This document shows positions 36,249 to 45,137 of a stretch of 64,000 bases of DNA, piece after piece. Within the stretch, counting starts at the first letter, position 1; the number at the start of each line of letters is the position of its first letter. A model generated the notes under the pieces. That model searched no databases, was not told the DNA's origin, and saw nothing but the letters and a program-made list of their open reading frames with translations. Made by a program: the position numbers and the translations under genes. Source of the DNA: Crocinitomicaceae bacterium (GTDB lineage Bacteria; Bacteroidota; Bacteroidia; Flavobacteriales_D; Crocinitomicaceae); NCBI GenBank assembly GCA_023262855.1, contig JALQYQ010000044.1, forward strand, positions 4,616 to 68,615, given 5' to 3'.

Positions 36249-37260
36249 ATTGATTTATTAGAGCTTTAAACTTATTTTCATTATCTATTTTCACGGTAAT
36301 TGGTTGATAATACCAAGGGTAGTCGTCCAATTTCCAACTTGCTGAAACCGCCTTCAAACGCATGAAATCTTTTTCGGTCGTAAGAATGATTGTTTCGTTG
36401 CATGCAAAAGTATCAAATTTTTGGTGAATTTCTTCAATATCTTGTTTACTAAACGCATGATGATCGCCGAACTTTAAGTGTTCAACTTCATATTTTTGTT
36501 CAATTTCAGCAATCAACGGACTTGGATTCGCAATTCCAGTGACCAACAAGACTTTTTTGATGGAAGAACATTCCTTGCCGAACGATTGGAATGGCGCGTA
36601 AACAATTTCAGAGAAAAACACGTGTTCCTTGTTGACCTTGAGCGAATTAGCAAGGCGCGTTTTATCCTGGGCACCAATCTCTTTCGGGCATTTTGTAACG
36701 ATTACAATCTGCGCACGCTTTTTACCACTTCTAAACTCACGCAGATTTCCAGCTGGTAAAACCAAATCATTCGAAAAAGGAGCGTTGTATTCTGTTAAAA
36801 GAATGTTTAGACCTGCTTTTACAGCACGATGCTGATAGGCATCATCCAAAATAATCAATTGATTCGATGGGAAAAGTTCTTGAAGTTCTTGAACGCCTTC
36901 TGCTCGTTTTTCGCAAACGGCAACGTGTACATTTTTATCAAATATAGAAGTATAGAACAGCGGTTCATCACCAACGTTTTCAGCCGAATCTGACGTGTTC
37001 ACTAAACGAAAGCCGCTTGTTTTTCTGCCGTAACCACGACTCAAGATACTTGTTTCGAAATCGGATTTAAGTAACGCTGCTAAATAGGCAACATGCGGCG
37101 TTTTTCCAGTGCCACCAACACTTAAATTACCAACGCAAATTGATTTTCTCGGAATCGTATAACTTTTGAAAATGCCCCAGTCGTAGCACTTGTTCCGCAC
37201 AAGCGTGACGAAACCGTACACCAAAGAAAGCGGCCATAAAAGTTTGCGAAAAAATTGCAT
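36232..37260 (-). CDS. lpxK: Tetraacyldisaccharide 4'-kinase
   Basis: 342 aa. P-loop GNLSVGGTGKTP and ILSRGYGR. It overlaps the next gene by 17 nt. Confidence 0.85.
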   Translation of the reverse strand: MQFFRKLLWPLSLVYGFVTLVRNKCYDWGIFKSYTIPRKSICVGNLSVGGTGKTPHVAYLAALLKSDFETSILSRGYGRKTSGFRLVNTSDSAENVGDEPLFYTSIFDKNVHVAVCEKRAEGVQELQELFPSNQLIILDDAYQHRAVKAGLNILLTEYNAPFSNDLVLPAGNLREFRSGKKRAQIVIVTKCPKEIGAQDKTRLANSLKVNKEHVFFSEIVYAPFQSFGKECSSIKKVLLVTGIANPSPLIAEIEQKYEVEHLKFGDHHAFSKQDIEEIHQKFDTFACNETIILTTEKDFMRLKAVSASWKLDDYPWYYQPITVKIDNENKFKALINQYVNTI

Positions 37261-37320
37261 GCATCAAAGATATTAAAAATTCAATGCTACAACCGCTTGA
37301 AAGAAAGGAACTACAGTTCT

Positions 37321-40300
37321 TTATTTGATAATCGTAACATGTCCGACCGCTATTTTATGTTCATCATTCGCCTTGATTTTATAACGAATTTTCCATGTAT
37401 AAACATCGTCCTGACTTTCATGGATTTTCCCACTAGAAACGTAAGTTCCATCCCAGCCAATTGTCATATCATTGGATTCAAAAATCAATTCTCCCCAGCG
37501 ATTATAAATGGACAAATTATAGTTGTAAGGATCGTATCCACTTGAGAAAATTGGCAGAAATACTTGATTGTATTCGTTTCCATCTGGAGTGAATGAATTT
37601 GGAACCCAGAAGACCAATTCTTCTGCAAATTGAAAACTTGAATAAGCGGTATCGGAACATCCTGCAGGTGAAAACGCAACTAACATCACTTGATAGGTTC
37701 CATTTTCATCAAAATTGTACGTGTGAATTGGATCTACCACTTGCGACATCGGTGTTCCATCGCCAAAATACCAATGGTACGAACTTGCTCCAGCACTTAA
37801 ATTGGTGAAATGAATCGTGTTTTCTAAATCTGTGATGGTATAAGTCGATTGCGTAAACGCCGCATCTGGAAGCGGGTCGATACAAATGAAATTCGTTTGA
37901 TTAAAAGTTCCTTGACAACCATTGGATAAAGTAGTTGACAAAGAAACATCATAACAACCTGCTTGCGTGAAATCTACTTGAACTGAAGAACAACCTGTTA
38001 AAATCGTTCCGTCACTTAAGGTCCAAACACAATTCGCAGCATTCGGAGTTGTGTTCGTTAATGTTATTGTTTGTGGAACACAGCCATTAGCAGAACTAGC
38101 CGTGAATGTAACAGGTGAACTTGTATTTACTGTGATTGTAACATTATCTGTATTGGTACATCCAGCGGCAGAAGTTCCTGTTACGGTATACGTTGTTGTT
38201 ACACTTGGTGAAAATGCAACTCCATTTGTTACACCGTTGTTCCAAGTGTAACTTGTTCCTCCAGTAGCACTTAGTGTCGTACTTGATCCCGTGCAAATTG
38301 ATGCATCTGGTCCTGCATTAATTGTTGGAAGTGGCGCAAGTGTTACTTGAACTTGATCGGAATTCGTACAGCCATTTGCGTCGGTTCCGGAAACCGTATA
38401 CGTTGTTGTTGCACTTGGGTTTACAGTAATTGAAGCTGTTGTCTGACTTCCCGGAGTCCATGAATACGTTGTTGCTCCACTTGCAGTCAACGTTGCACTT
38501 GTACCAGGACAAACTGTAATATCTGGACCAGCAGTAACAGTTGGTGGTGCTGAAAGTGTAATTGTTACTTGATCCGTATTTGTACATCCTTGAACAGAAG
38601 TTCCTGTTAATGTGTACGTTGTTGTGGCGCTTGGTGTAAATGCGATTCCATCAATCACGCCAAAGTCCCACGAATAAGTTGAAGCTCCGCTACCTGTTAA
38701 TGTGATACTCGTTCCAGGGCAAATTGTTTGATCCAATCCAGCATTCACACTTGGTAAAGAATTGACTGTTACAACAAGATTATCAGTTCCAACGCAACCT
38801 CCAGCATCAGTTCCTGTAACGGTATAGGTTGTTGTTGATGCAGGTGAAACACTCAAATTGTTCCCTGATCCTAAACCATTGTCCCAGGCATAGGTAACTC
38901 CTCCACTAGCGGCCAAAGTAGTCGAACCACCCGTACAAATTGAAACATCTGGACCCGCGTTAATTGGAGCGCCACTTGTAATTGTAACAGTAACGTTGTC
39001 ACTTGCTGTGCAACCTGCTGATGTTCCAGTAACCGTATATGTTGTTGTAGAACTTGGGTTGATCGTAATTGAAGCTGTTGTTTGTCCACCAGGAGACCAA
39101 GAATAAGTTGTTGCGCCACTTGCTGTCAAAGTTGTTGATGTGCCTGAACAAATTGTAACATCTGGTCCAGCGTTAACAGTAATTCCACTGCTAATTGTTA
39201 CTGTAACTTGATCTGTATTTGTACATCCTTGAAGCGAAGTTCCAGTTAATGTGTAAGTTGTTGTTGAAACAGGAGTAAAAGCTACTCCATTTACTACTCC
39301 ATTGTTCCAAGAATAGGTATTTGCACCAGAACCACTTAATGTAACAGATGAACCAGTACAAATTGTTTGATCGGGACCAGCGTTTACCGTTGGTAATGCA
39401 GCTAGGTTAACTGTGATATTGTCTGTCCCAACACAGCCTCCAGCATCTGTTCCTGTAACGGTATACGTTGTTGTTGATGCAGGTGAAACACTCAAATTAT
39501 TCCCAATACCTAAACCATTATTCCACGAGTAAGTTACGCCACCATTTGCTGATAATGTTGTAGGTGAACCCGGACAAATTGTTACATCTGGACCTGCATT
39601 GATTGCTGCGCCTGATGTGACAGTAACAGTAACGGCATCTGAAGCAGAACAACCCGCTGTAGTTCCCGTTACTGTATAGGTTGTAGTTGAACTTGGATTT
39701 ATGGTAATCGAAGACGATGTTTGTGAACCTGGTGACCACGTATAACTTGTAGCACCCGTTGCGTTCAATGTTGTTGAAGTTCCTGTACAAATCGAAATGT
39801 CTGGACCAGCATTGACACTTGGTGCTGGATTCACCAAAACTGCTACTGTTTGTGGTGTTCCTGAGCAGCCACTTGCGGAAGGCGTCACCGTGTAATTTAC
39901 AGTTTGTGCACTTGCGCTCGTGTTTACGAGCGTGTTGAATATTGTTGCGGAAGATTGTGCGCTTGTACTTTCACCGGTAATGTTGGTATTGTTTGTTGCA
40001 ATCCATGAATAACTAGTTCCAAAATCACTTGTAAGTGCAAGATTGACCGGGCTTCCACTACAAATTGTCGCAGAAGTTGCACTTGTCATTGTTGGTGAAG
40101 GATTCACTGTTACTGTAACAGGAATACAAGAAGAAGCAGGTACACAAGCTGTTGCACCATTTCGAACATAGTAAGTGATTGTTGATCCTGGAGTCACAGT
40201 TAATGTAGCTCCTGTTCCAACTAATGTTCCACCGCACGATCCCGTAAACCATTGCGTTGAGGCATTTCCACCAACAGCAGTGAGTGTGGTGCTTTGTCCC

Positions 40301-41034
40301 GAACAAATAGAAGTTGTTCCTGAAATGGAAGTTGGAGGAGTAGCTACAGGAACGGTTGCCGTTAAATTGGAAATGACTACGTATTGTTTTGGTGTGTTAT
40401 AGTTGGTAGGACTAACATTTGATTTATACAAAATGGTGATCGTCGAAATACAATCCGTTGCTGTACCCACATTTATTTCATTGTTTCCCCAACATGTGCA
40501 AGAGGTGGATTGACCAGAATTAAAGGTTAAGAGCGTTGTTCCACTTCCCGTTACCGAACCTCCTGTTTGCACACAAGCTGTTCCAACTTTGAAAACATTT
40601 ACAGCTGCAGCAGACGAATTGGTACCACTGATTTGAATTTTGTCTTCCCATGAACCAAAACCGTCATCGTTGACATCGTATAATTTGAAATTGACTGGAC
40701 CTTGAACCGGAGAACTAAATGTAATAGTTGTTGTGATTGTTTTGGTTGTATTGGTTGTCCAATCAGTGCTCAACAGCATTCCTTGATTGGTAGCCGTTAT
40801 ACCTGAGCATCCACCACCTGAAACAGTTGAACCTGAAGGAAACCAAACCGGTGAAGCATCTTGCCAAACATTTTCTGAATTGACAATCGTCGCGGACATT
40901 GTAATTCCCGAAACGGTTGTTGTGTAAGTGCGATTTGTTCCCGTACCACCATAAGTTCCATTCCAAGGGAACGTGGTTTGGCTAAATCCAATGAGGGAGA
41001 TAAAAATAAGTAAGACACTGATAATCAGTTTCAT
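37321..41034 (-). CDS. Giant cell-surface adhesin-like protein with Ig-like repeats, PKD domains and a T9SS type B (gliding-associated) C-terminal domain
   Basis: Start trimmed to MKLIISVLLIFISLIGFS (ATG 41034). It carries about 8 NAGPD..C.G....L.A.G...Y.W repeats plus earlier related Ig-like domains. It also has a PKD signature (WYFGDGT) and the C-terminal FWVPNSFTPDGNEYNQVF...IYNRWGELIF. Confidence 0.8.
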   Translation of the reverse strand: MKLIISVLLIFISLIGFSQTTFPWNGTYGGTGTNRTYTTTVSGITMSATIVNSENVWQDASPVWFPSGSTVSGGGCSGITATNQGMLLSTDWTTNTTKTITTTITFSSPVQGPVNFKLYDVNDDGFGSWEDKIQISGTNSSAAAVNVFKVGTACVQTGGSVTGSGTTLLTFNSGQSTSCTCWGNNEINVGTATDCISTITILYKSNVSPTNYNTPKQYVVISNLTATVPVATPPTSISGTTSICSGQSTTLTAVGGNASTQWFTGSCGGTLVGTGATLTVTPGSTITYYVRNGATACVPASSCIPVTVTVNPSPTMTSATSATICSGSPVNLALTSDFGTSYSWIATNNTNITGESTSAQSSATIFNTLVNTSASAQTVNYTVTPSASGCSGTPQTVAVLVNPAPSVNAGPDISICTGTSTTLNATGATSYTWSPGSQTSSSITINPSSTTTYTVTGTTAGCSASDAVTVTVTSGAAINAGPDVTICPGSPTTLSANGGVTYSWNNGLGIGNNLSVSPASTTTYTVTGTDAGGCVGTDNITVNLAALPTVNAGPDQTICTGSSVTLSGSGANTYSWNNGVVNGVAFTPVSTTTYTLTGTSLQGCTNTDQVTVTISSGITVNAGPDVTICSGTSTTLTASGATTYSWSPGGQTTASITINPSSTTTYTVTGTSAGCTASDNVTVTITSGAPINAGPDVSICTGGSTTLAASGGVTYAWDNGLGSGNNLSVSPASTTTYTVTGTDAGGCVGTDNLVVTVNSLPSVNAGLDQTICPGTSITLTGSGASTYSWDFGVIDGIAFTPSATTTYTLTGTSVQGCTNTDQVTITLSAPPTVTAGPDITVCPGTSATLTASGATTYSWTPGSQTTASITVNPSATTTYTVSGTDANGCTNSDQVQVTLAPLPTINAGPDASICTGSSTTLSATGGTSYTWNNGVTNGVAFSPSVTTTYTVTGTSAAGCTNTDNVTITVNTSSPVTFTASSANGCVPQTITLTNTTPNAANCVWTLSDGTILTGCSSVQVDFTQAGCYDVSLSTTLSNGCQGTFNQTNFICIDPLPDAAFTQSTYTITDLENTIHFTNLSAGASSYHWYFGDGTPMSQVVDPIHTYNFDENGTYQVMLVAFSPAGCSDTAYSSFQFAEELVFWVPNSFTPDGNEYNQVFLPIFSSGYDPYNYNLSIYNRWGELIFESNDMTIGWDGTYVSSGKIHESQDDVYTWKIRYKIKANDEHKIAVGHVTIIK
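38125..39816 (-). repeat. Intragenic higher-order repeat: a three-domain (~213 aa, ~639 bp) block present in two full and one partial copies
   Basis: Protein residues 432-644, 645-857 and 858-995 (ORF-track numbering) align domain by domain (A-B-C, A-B-C, A-C). Confidence 0.75.
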
Positions 41035-41120
41035 TTTTGGAGAGTTTGAGAATGTTCTAGTTTTCTCAAATTTACCTTTTAAAACCTCCGAATTTTGAGG
41101 GGCTAGCACCTCAAAAGCGC

Positions 41121-41150
41121 AAAAAAAAAGCTTCCAATTTGGAAGCTTTT
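41121..41150 (-). terminator. Rho-independent terminator after the DUF4956 gene
   Basis: Perfect ~10-bp palindromic stem aaaagcttcc/ggaagctttt. On the minus strand it is followed by T9. Confidence 0.65.
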
Positions 41151-41169
41151 CAACTAATTTATTTGGAAT

Positions 41170-41835
41170 TTAACTCGCCGAATAATCAGAAAATTGTTGA
41201 TCATCAGCATAATAGAAAATGCGTACTTGAGCAGTATCTGTTAAGAAGTCAATTTTACCAACCTCAAAGCGATTAATGGCAATACCTGTACGTTTTTCCA
41301 AATCCGCTTTCATTTCTTCGTATTTGTCAGGAACGATGAGGTCGATTCGTTCGTAATTCACGGTTTTACGTGTTTCATGTTTCACCAACCACAGATTTTC
41401 TAAACCAAAAGTCAATAAAATCACGGAAACATTGATAATCGCCATTTCAGCAAGACTGATTTGATTCGAAGCCAATGAGTTCACGACACTCACTCCAATG
41501 ATCAAAAATAGGTAAGTCATCTCTTTAATTTCAATGGCATCAGTTCGGTAACGAATGATTCCGAAAATGGCAAACAATCCTAGCCCCATTCCTGTGTCGA
41601 TGTCTAATTTCTTCAATCCAAAGCAAAGGAAAAACGTGATCGTACCGATTAGGTAATACGTGAATAAATAATCTTTACGTTTCGTTTTTGGATAGTACAA
41701 ATAGCGAATTAAAATCGTCAAAACAGTAATGTTTACAAGTAATCGAACAAGTAAAACAAGCGCGTCTGGACTGTAAATTGAAAATCCTAAATCTTTTGGT
41801 TGTTTTGCCAAAGGCAATATAAAATCAAGCAGCAT
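41170..41835 (-). CDS. DUF4956-family membrane protein
   Basis: 221 aa, 4-5 TM plus a soluble tail. It overlaps the upstream VTC-domain gene by 11 nt, which is the usual partner arrangement. Confidence 0.5.
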   Translation of the reverse strand: MLLDFILPLAKQPKDLGFSIYSPDALVLLVRLLVNITVLTILIRYLYYPKTKRKDYLFTYYLIGTITFFLCFGLKKLDIDTGMGLGLFAIFGIIRYRTDAIEIKEMTYLFLIIGVSVVNSLASNQISLAEMAIINVSVILLTFGLENLWLVKHETRKTVNYERIDLIVPDKYEEMKADLEKRTGIAINRFEVGKIDFLTDTAQVRIFYYADDQQFSDYSAS

Positions 41836-42589
41836 GTGAGTTTATTTTTTTGAGTTTTAATAGTTTCTTTTTAAATCGATTGAATTTCAATGTACTTCCT
41901 CCGTACAATTCGATTGAGCCAATGCAATATTTACTCAAGCGATATGGACGAATACATTTTGTTTTCATCAATGCAAAGAAAGCAGAATTTCGATTAACTG
42001 TTTCTTGTTTTAGCTCTGCAATGATCAAATTATTGAAATTCTGAGAGTGGTTTTCCCATTTAAACGTTAAATCAAAATCAAGTGTAAGGCGTTCGTTTTC
42101 GACCTTGTTCACTAAAGTCATTCGGTGAAAAGAGTTCCACATTACAGGACGTAAGCCCGTTTTATTTGTTACAATTGAGTGAATAAAGTCTTTGTGTTTT
42201 TCCAATAATTCAGTTGGAATCTCATCCACTTTGATGCGACTCTTGTGGGTTCGTCCTTTCAGTTTATGTTTAATCTCCAAAAAGGTCAAGTTTGACTCAA
42301 CGTATTTTCTGAAACGTACCTTGAAACGATTGGTTCGTCCATTGTGATGATCTTTGAAGAATGAAAAATCTTGATCGTCGAAGTACAGACTTTCATAAAA
42401 AGGTGTTCGCGTTCCTTCTATTTCGAGAATTCGGTAATTCTCGCGCAATTCAGGAAGGAATTTTAGAAATTCATTTACAGAAAAGGCAAATTTCGTATCC
42501 ACTCGATTCATGAGTTTAACGCGATCCATTTCCAACAAGGTGATGGGCTCAAAAGTTTGAAGAATTTGACCTATTTGTTCTGTTAACAT
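41825..42589 (-). CDS. VTC-domain (polyphosphate polymerase-like, CYTH/triphosphate-tunnel) protein
   Basis: 254 aa with alternating charged beta-strand motifs (VDTKF, YESLYFD, RFKVRFRKY, FLEIKHK). Confidence 0.55.
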   Translation of the reverse strand: MLTEQIGQILQTFEPITLLEMDRVKLMNRVDTKFAFSVNEFLKFLPELRENYRILEIEGTRTPFYESLYFDDQDFSFFKDHHNGRTNRFKVRFRKYVESNLTFLEIKHKLKGRTHKSRIKVDEIPTELLEKHKDFIHSIVTNKTGLRPVMWNSFHRMTLVNKVENERLTLDFDLTFKWENHSQNFNNLIIAELKQETVNRNSAFFALMKTKCIRPYRLSKYCIGSIELYGGSTLKFNRFKKKLLKLKKINSHAA

Positions 42590-42689
42590 TAACTCAAAGT
42601 TAATTTAATGTTTTAGTTACGCAAGACAATTGAGTACAAAAACGTATAAAACTTGCGTTTAGGGCTAAAAAAAGATGATTGAAGTTTCT

Positions 42690-42697
42690 TATCTTTG
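42690..42697 (+). promoter_or_regulatory. -7 box TAtcTTTG immediately upstream of purT
   Basis: Matches TAnnTTTG 4 nt before ATG 42702, which would imply a very short or absent leader. No clear -33 seen. Confidence 0.3.
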
Positions 42698-42701
42698 CGC
42701 C

Positions 42702-43862
42702 ATGAGAAAGAAAATTTTGCTTTTTGGTTCAGGTGAATTGGGAAAAGAATTCGTAATCGCTTGTCAACGTTTGGGTCAATATGTTATAGCTGTAGATAGT
42801 TATGAAGGCGCGCCTGCCATGCAAGTTGCGCACGAATTTGAAGTGATTAACATGTTGGATGGTGCTGAATTAGATCGTTTAGTTGCTAAACACAATCCAG
42901 ATATCATTGTCCCAGAAATTGAAGCAATCAGAACAGAACGTTTCTATGATTATGAAGCTCAAGGAATTCAAGTTGTTCCAAGTGCAAAAGCTGGAAATTT
43001 CACGATGAACCGCAAAGCAATTCGCGATTTAGCCGCTATTGAAGTTGGTGTTCGCACTGCTACTTACCGTTATGCAACTTCTTTCGAAGAGTTGAAAGCT
43101 GGTGTTGCTGTTACAGGGATTCCATGTGTTGTGAAACCTTTAATGTCAAGTTCAGGTAAAGGTCAATCGGTTATCAAAAGTGAAGAAGATATTGAAAAAG
43201 CGTGGAATTATGCCATGGAAGGTTCTCGCGGTGATTTGAAAGAAGTAATCGTTGAAGGCTTCATTGATTTCGATTATGAAATTACCTTATTGACAGTTAC
43301 GCAGAAAAATGGTCCAACCTTGTTTTGTCCGCCAATTGGACACAGACAAGAGCGCGGTGATTACCAAGAAAGTTGGCAACCAATGCCGATGGCGCCAGAG
43401 CATTTAGCAGAAGCACAAGAAATGGCAGCGAAAGTTACAGCCGCATTAGGTGGAGCAGGAATTTGGGGAGTTGAATTCTTTATCACAAAAGAAGGAGCTT
43501 ATTTCTCTGAACTGTCACCACGACCGCACGACACAGGAATGGTAACATTGGCTGGTACACAAAATTTCTCAGAATTTGAATTGCATGCTCGTGCTGTTTT
43601 AGGAATTCCAATTTCGGAAGTGAAACTAGAAAGAAATGGTGCGAGTGCCGTTGTTTTGGCAACAGCAGAAAGCAATGAAGAACCTGTTTTTTCAGGAATT
43701 GAAGAAGCGGCTCTCTATAAAAACACAGATTTCAAATTGTTTGGAAAACCAACTACGCGTCCTTTCCGAAGAATGGCTGTTGCACTTTCTTACGGTGATG
43801 AAGATGTGAAATCTTTGGTTGAAAAAGCGAAAGAAGTTGCTGGGAAAATCAGTGTAAAATAA
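42702..43862 (+). CDS. purT: Formate-dependent phosphoribosylglycinamide formyltransferase (GAR transformylase 2)
   Basis: ATP-grasp protein. N-terminal [13 protein letters not shown], a C-terminal SPRPHDTG, and RRMAVAL near the end. Start trimmed to ATG 42702. Confidence 0.9.
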   Translation: MRKKILLFGSGELGKEFVIACQRLGQYVIAVDSYEGAPAMQVAHEFEVINMLDGAELDRLVAKHNPDIIVPEIEAIRTERFYDYEAQGIQVVPSAKAGNFTMNRKAIRDLAAIEVGVRTATYRYATSFEELKAGVAVTGIPCVVKPLMSSSGKGQSVIKSEEDIEKAWNYAMEGSRGDLKEVIVEGFIDFDYEITLLTVTQKNGPTLFCPPIGHRQERGDYQESWQPMPMAPEHLAEAQEMAAKVTAALGGAGIWGVEFFITKEGAYFSELSPRPHDTGMVTLAGTQNFSEFELHARAVLGIPISEVKLERNGASAVVLATAESNEEPVFSGIEEAALYKNTDFKLFGKPTTRPFRRMAVALSYGDEDVKSLVEKAKEVAGKISVK

Positions 43863-43865
43863 GCA

Positions 43866-44396
43866 ATGATTGACGTGAATGAACGAAGAACCGGAGCGTT
43901 GGCTTTACCTGGTTTTGTCCTTGTAATCGCTGCGATACTGTTTGTTTTTATTTCTCCAGTCGTTTCGGTTGTTTTAGTGCCAATTGCGATTTGTTTATTT
44001 CTTGTTTCGACAGGAATTGAGATGGATTCAACACGTAAAACCTATCGACCATATTACGGACTTTTTTCGCTCAAATTTGGCTCTTGGAAAACATTTGTTC
44101 CAGCGCAGAAAGTGAAGTTGGTTTTGGCCATTGAGCAATATGGCGTTACCAATTGGACGAATTCAGGAACAAAAGTAAATGCGCGTTCTATTGAAAAAAC
44201 AATTACTTATAACATTGAATTAGAAACTGTTAATGGCGATGTCGAATTGTTTGACTTTTTCAGTTATCAGGATGCCTTAAAAACGATGCAGGGAATAGGA
44301 CAAATCTTGGAGATTGAAACGGAAGATCAAGTACAAGAAATCATTGAGAATCGTAAAGCAAGGATGTTTGAACGAAGAAGGTTGAGGAGAAGGTAA
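43866..44396 (+). CDS. Small membrane protein (2 TM plus soluble domain); paralogue of 8305-8829
   Basis: Same architecture as 8305-8829 and a similar basic tail (RKARMFERRRLRRR versus RAKMMERK). Confidence 0.4.
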   Translation: MIDVNERRTGALALPGFVLVIAAILFVFISPVVSVVLVPIAICLFLVSTGIEMDSTRKTYRPYYGLFSLKFGSWKTFVPAQKVKLVLAIEQYGVTNWTNSGTKVNARSIEKTITYNIELETVNGDVELFDFFSYQDALKTMQGIGQILEIETEDQVQEIIENRKARMFERRRLRRR

Positions 44397-44409
44397 GTGA
44401 ATAGTTCAA

Positions 44410-44748
44410 TTACTCATTTAATAGTTCTTCGATTTCTTTCTGAAGTATTGGTAAATAATTCATGACTATACCCCAAATTATTTCATCAGAAACACTATCA
44501 TAACCATGGATGATTCTATTACGTACATCTACAATCTTTCTAGAATTTGAAATTAAAATTGAATCGTTTGATTTTAAAATACGACTCATCGCTTCTCCAA
44601 TAATTTCTACATTTCTTTCAACAGCTCGTTTTGTTTTAAGGTCGTTTTTGAAAATTTCAAAAAGTCTCTCTTGTTCTGTAAAATAGCTATTTACTTCGTT
44701 AATCCAATTTTAAATATCAAAAAGCCAAGTACGAATTGAATTATCCAT
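44410..44748 (-). pseudogene. HepT-like (DUF86) RNase toxin with an in-frame TAA at codon 13
   Basis: My hand translation of the minus strand is MDNSIRTWLFDI*NWINEV...AVERNVEIIGEA...VDVRNRIIHGYDSVSDEIIWGIV...EELLNE*. The RX4HXY motif (RNRIIHGY) is intact. The ATG overlaps the MNT stop (ATGGATAA). The stop codon is at 44710-44712. The gene is absent from the ORF track. Confidence 0.75.
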
Positions 44749-45040
44749 AGATCAATTTTTTGTGTTGATTTATGGCTGAAAGGAAATGTGGATTCTTAAT
44801 CGCCGTTTCTTCAAGTAAATCAACCTTTCGCTGAAAAATTGACTCCAAAGAGAATTTAAAATCAAAGTAATTGTCAGCGTAATCCAAAAGATCCAATTGC
44901 TGGAAGGAAACGATTAAATCGACGTCACTTAGTGAATTAAAATTGTCGGTCAAAGCTGAGCCAAAAGCATATAAGTTTTTCACTTTGTGAGTTCTACAAA
45001 GTTCATTTAACTCTTTCGTATATTGTTGAAATAAATTCAT
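44741..45040 (-). CDS. MNT-type nucleotidyltransferase antitoxin (type VII TA partner of HepT)
   Basis: 99 aa. It has the GS...SDVDLIV minimal nucleotidyltransferase motif, directly upstream of and overlapping the DUF86 frame. Confidence 0.8.
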   Translation of the reverse strand: MNLFQQYTKELNELCRTHKVKNLYAFGSALTDNFNSLSDVDLIVSFQQLDLLDYADNYFDFKFSLESIFQRKVDLLEETAIKNPHFLSAINQHKKLIYG

Positions 45041-45080
45041 AGCTTTTGTTCGTACAAATCAAATTTAATGAAATTTCGAT

Positions 45081-45118
45081 AAAAAAAAACGGCACTCAAT
45101 GATTTGTGCACCGTTTTT
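45081..45118 (-). terminator. Rho-independent terminator after the GH3 gene
   Basis: Stem aaacggcac/gtgcaccgttt with a small bulge. The minus-strand reading is followed by T9. Confidence 0.55.
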
Positions 45119-45137
45119 AGATTCGTGTCTTTGTTTC

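Noticed and set aside
37485-41018. Many 60-90-aa ORFs on both strands inside the adhesin gene.
   Set aside because: They are nested in a 3.7-kb gene with clear domain structure. The Thr/Gly/Ser-rich repeats leave alternative frames open by chance.
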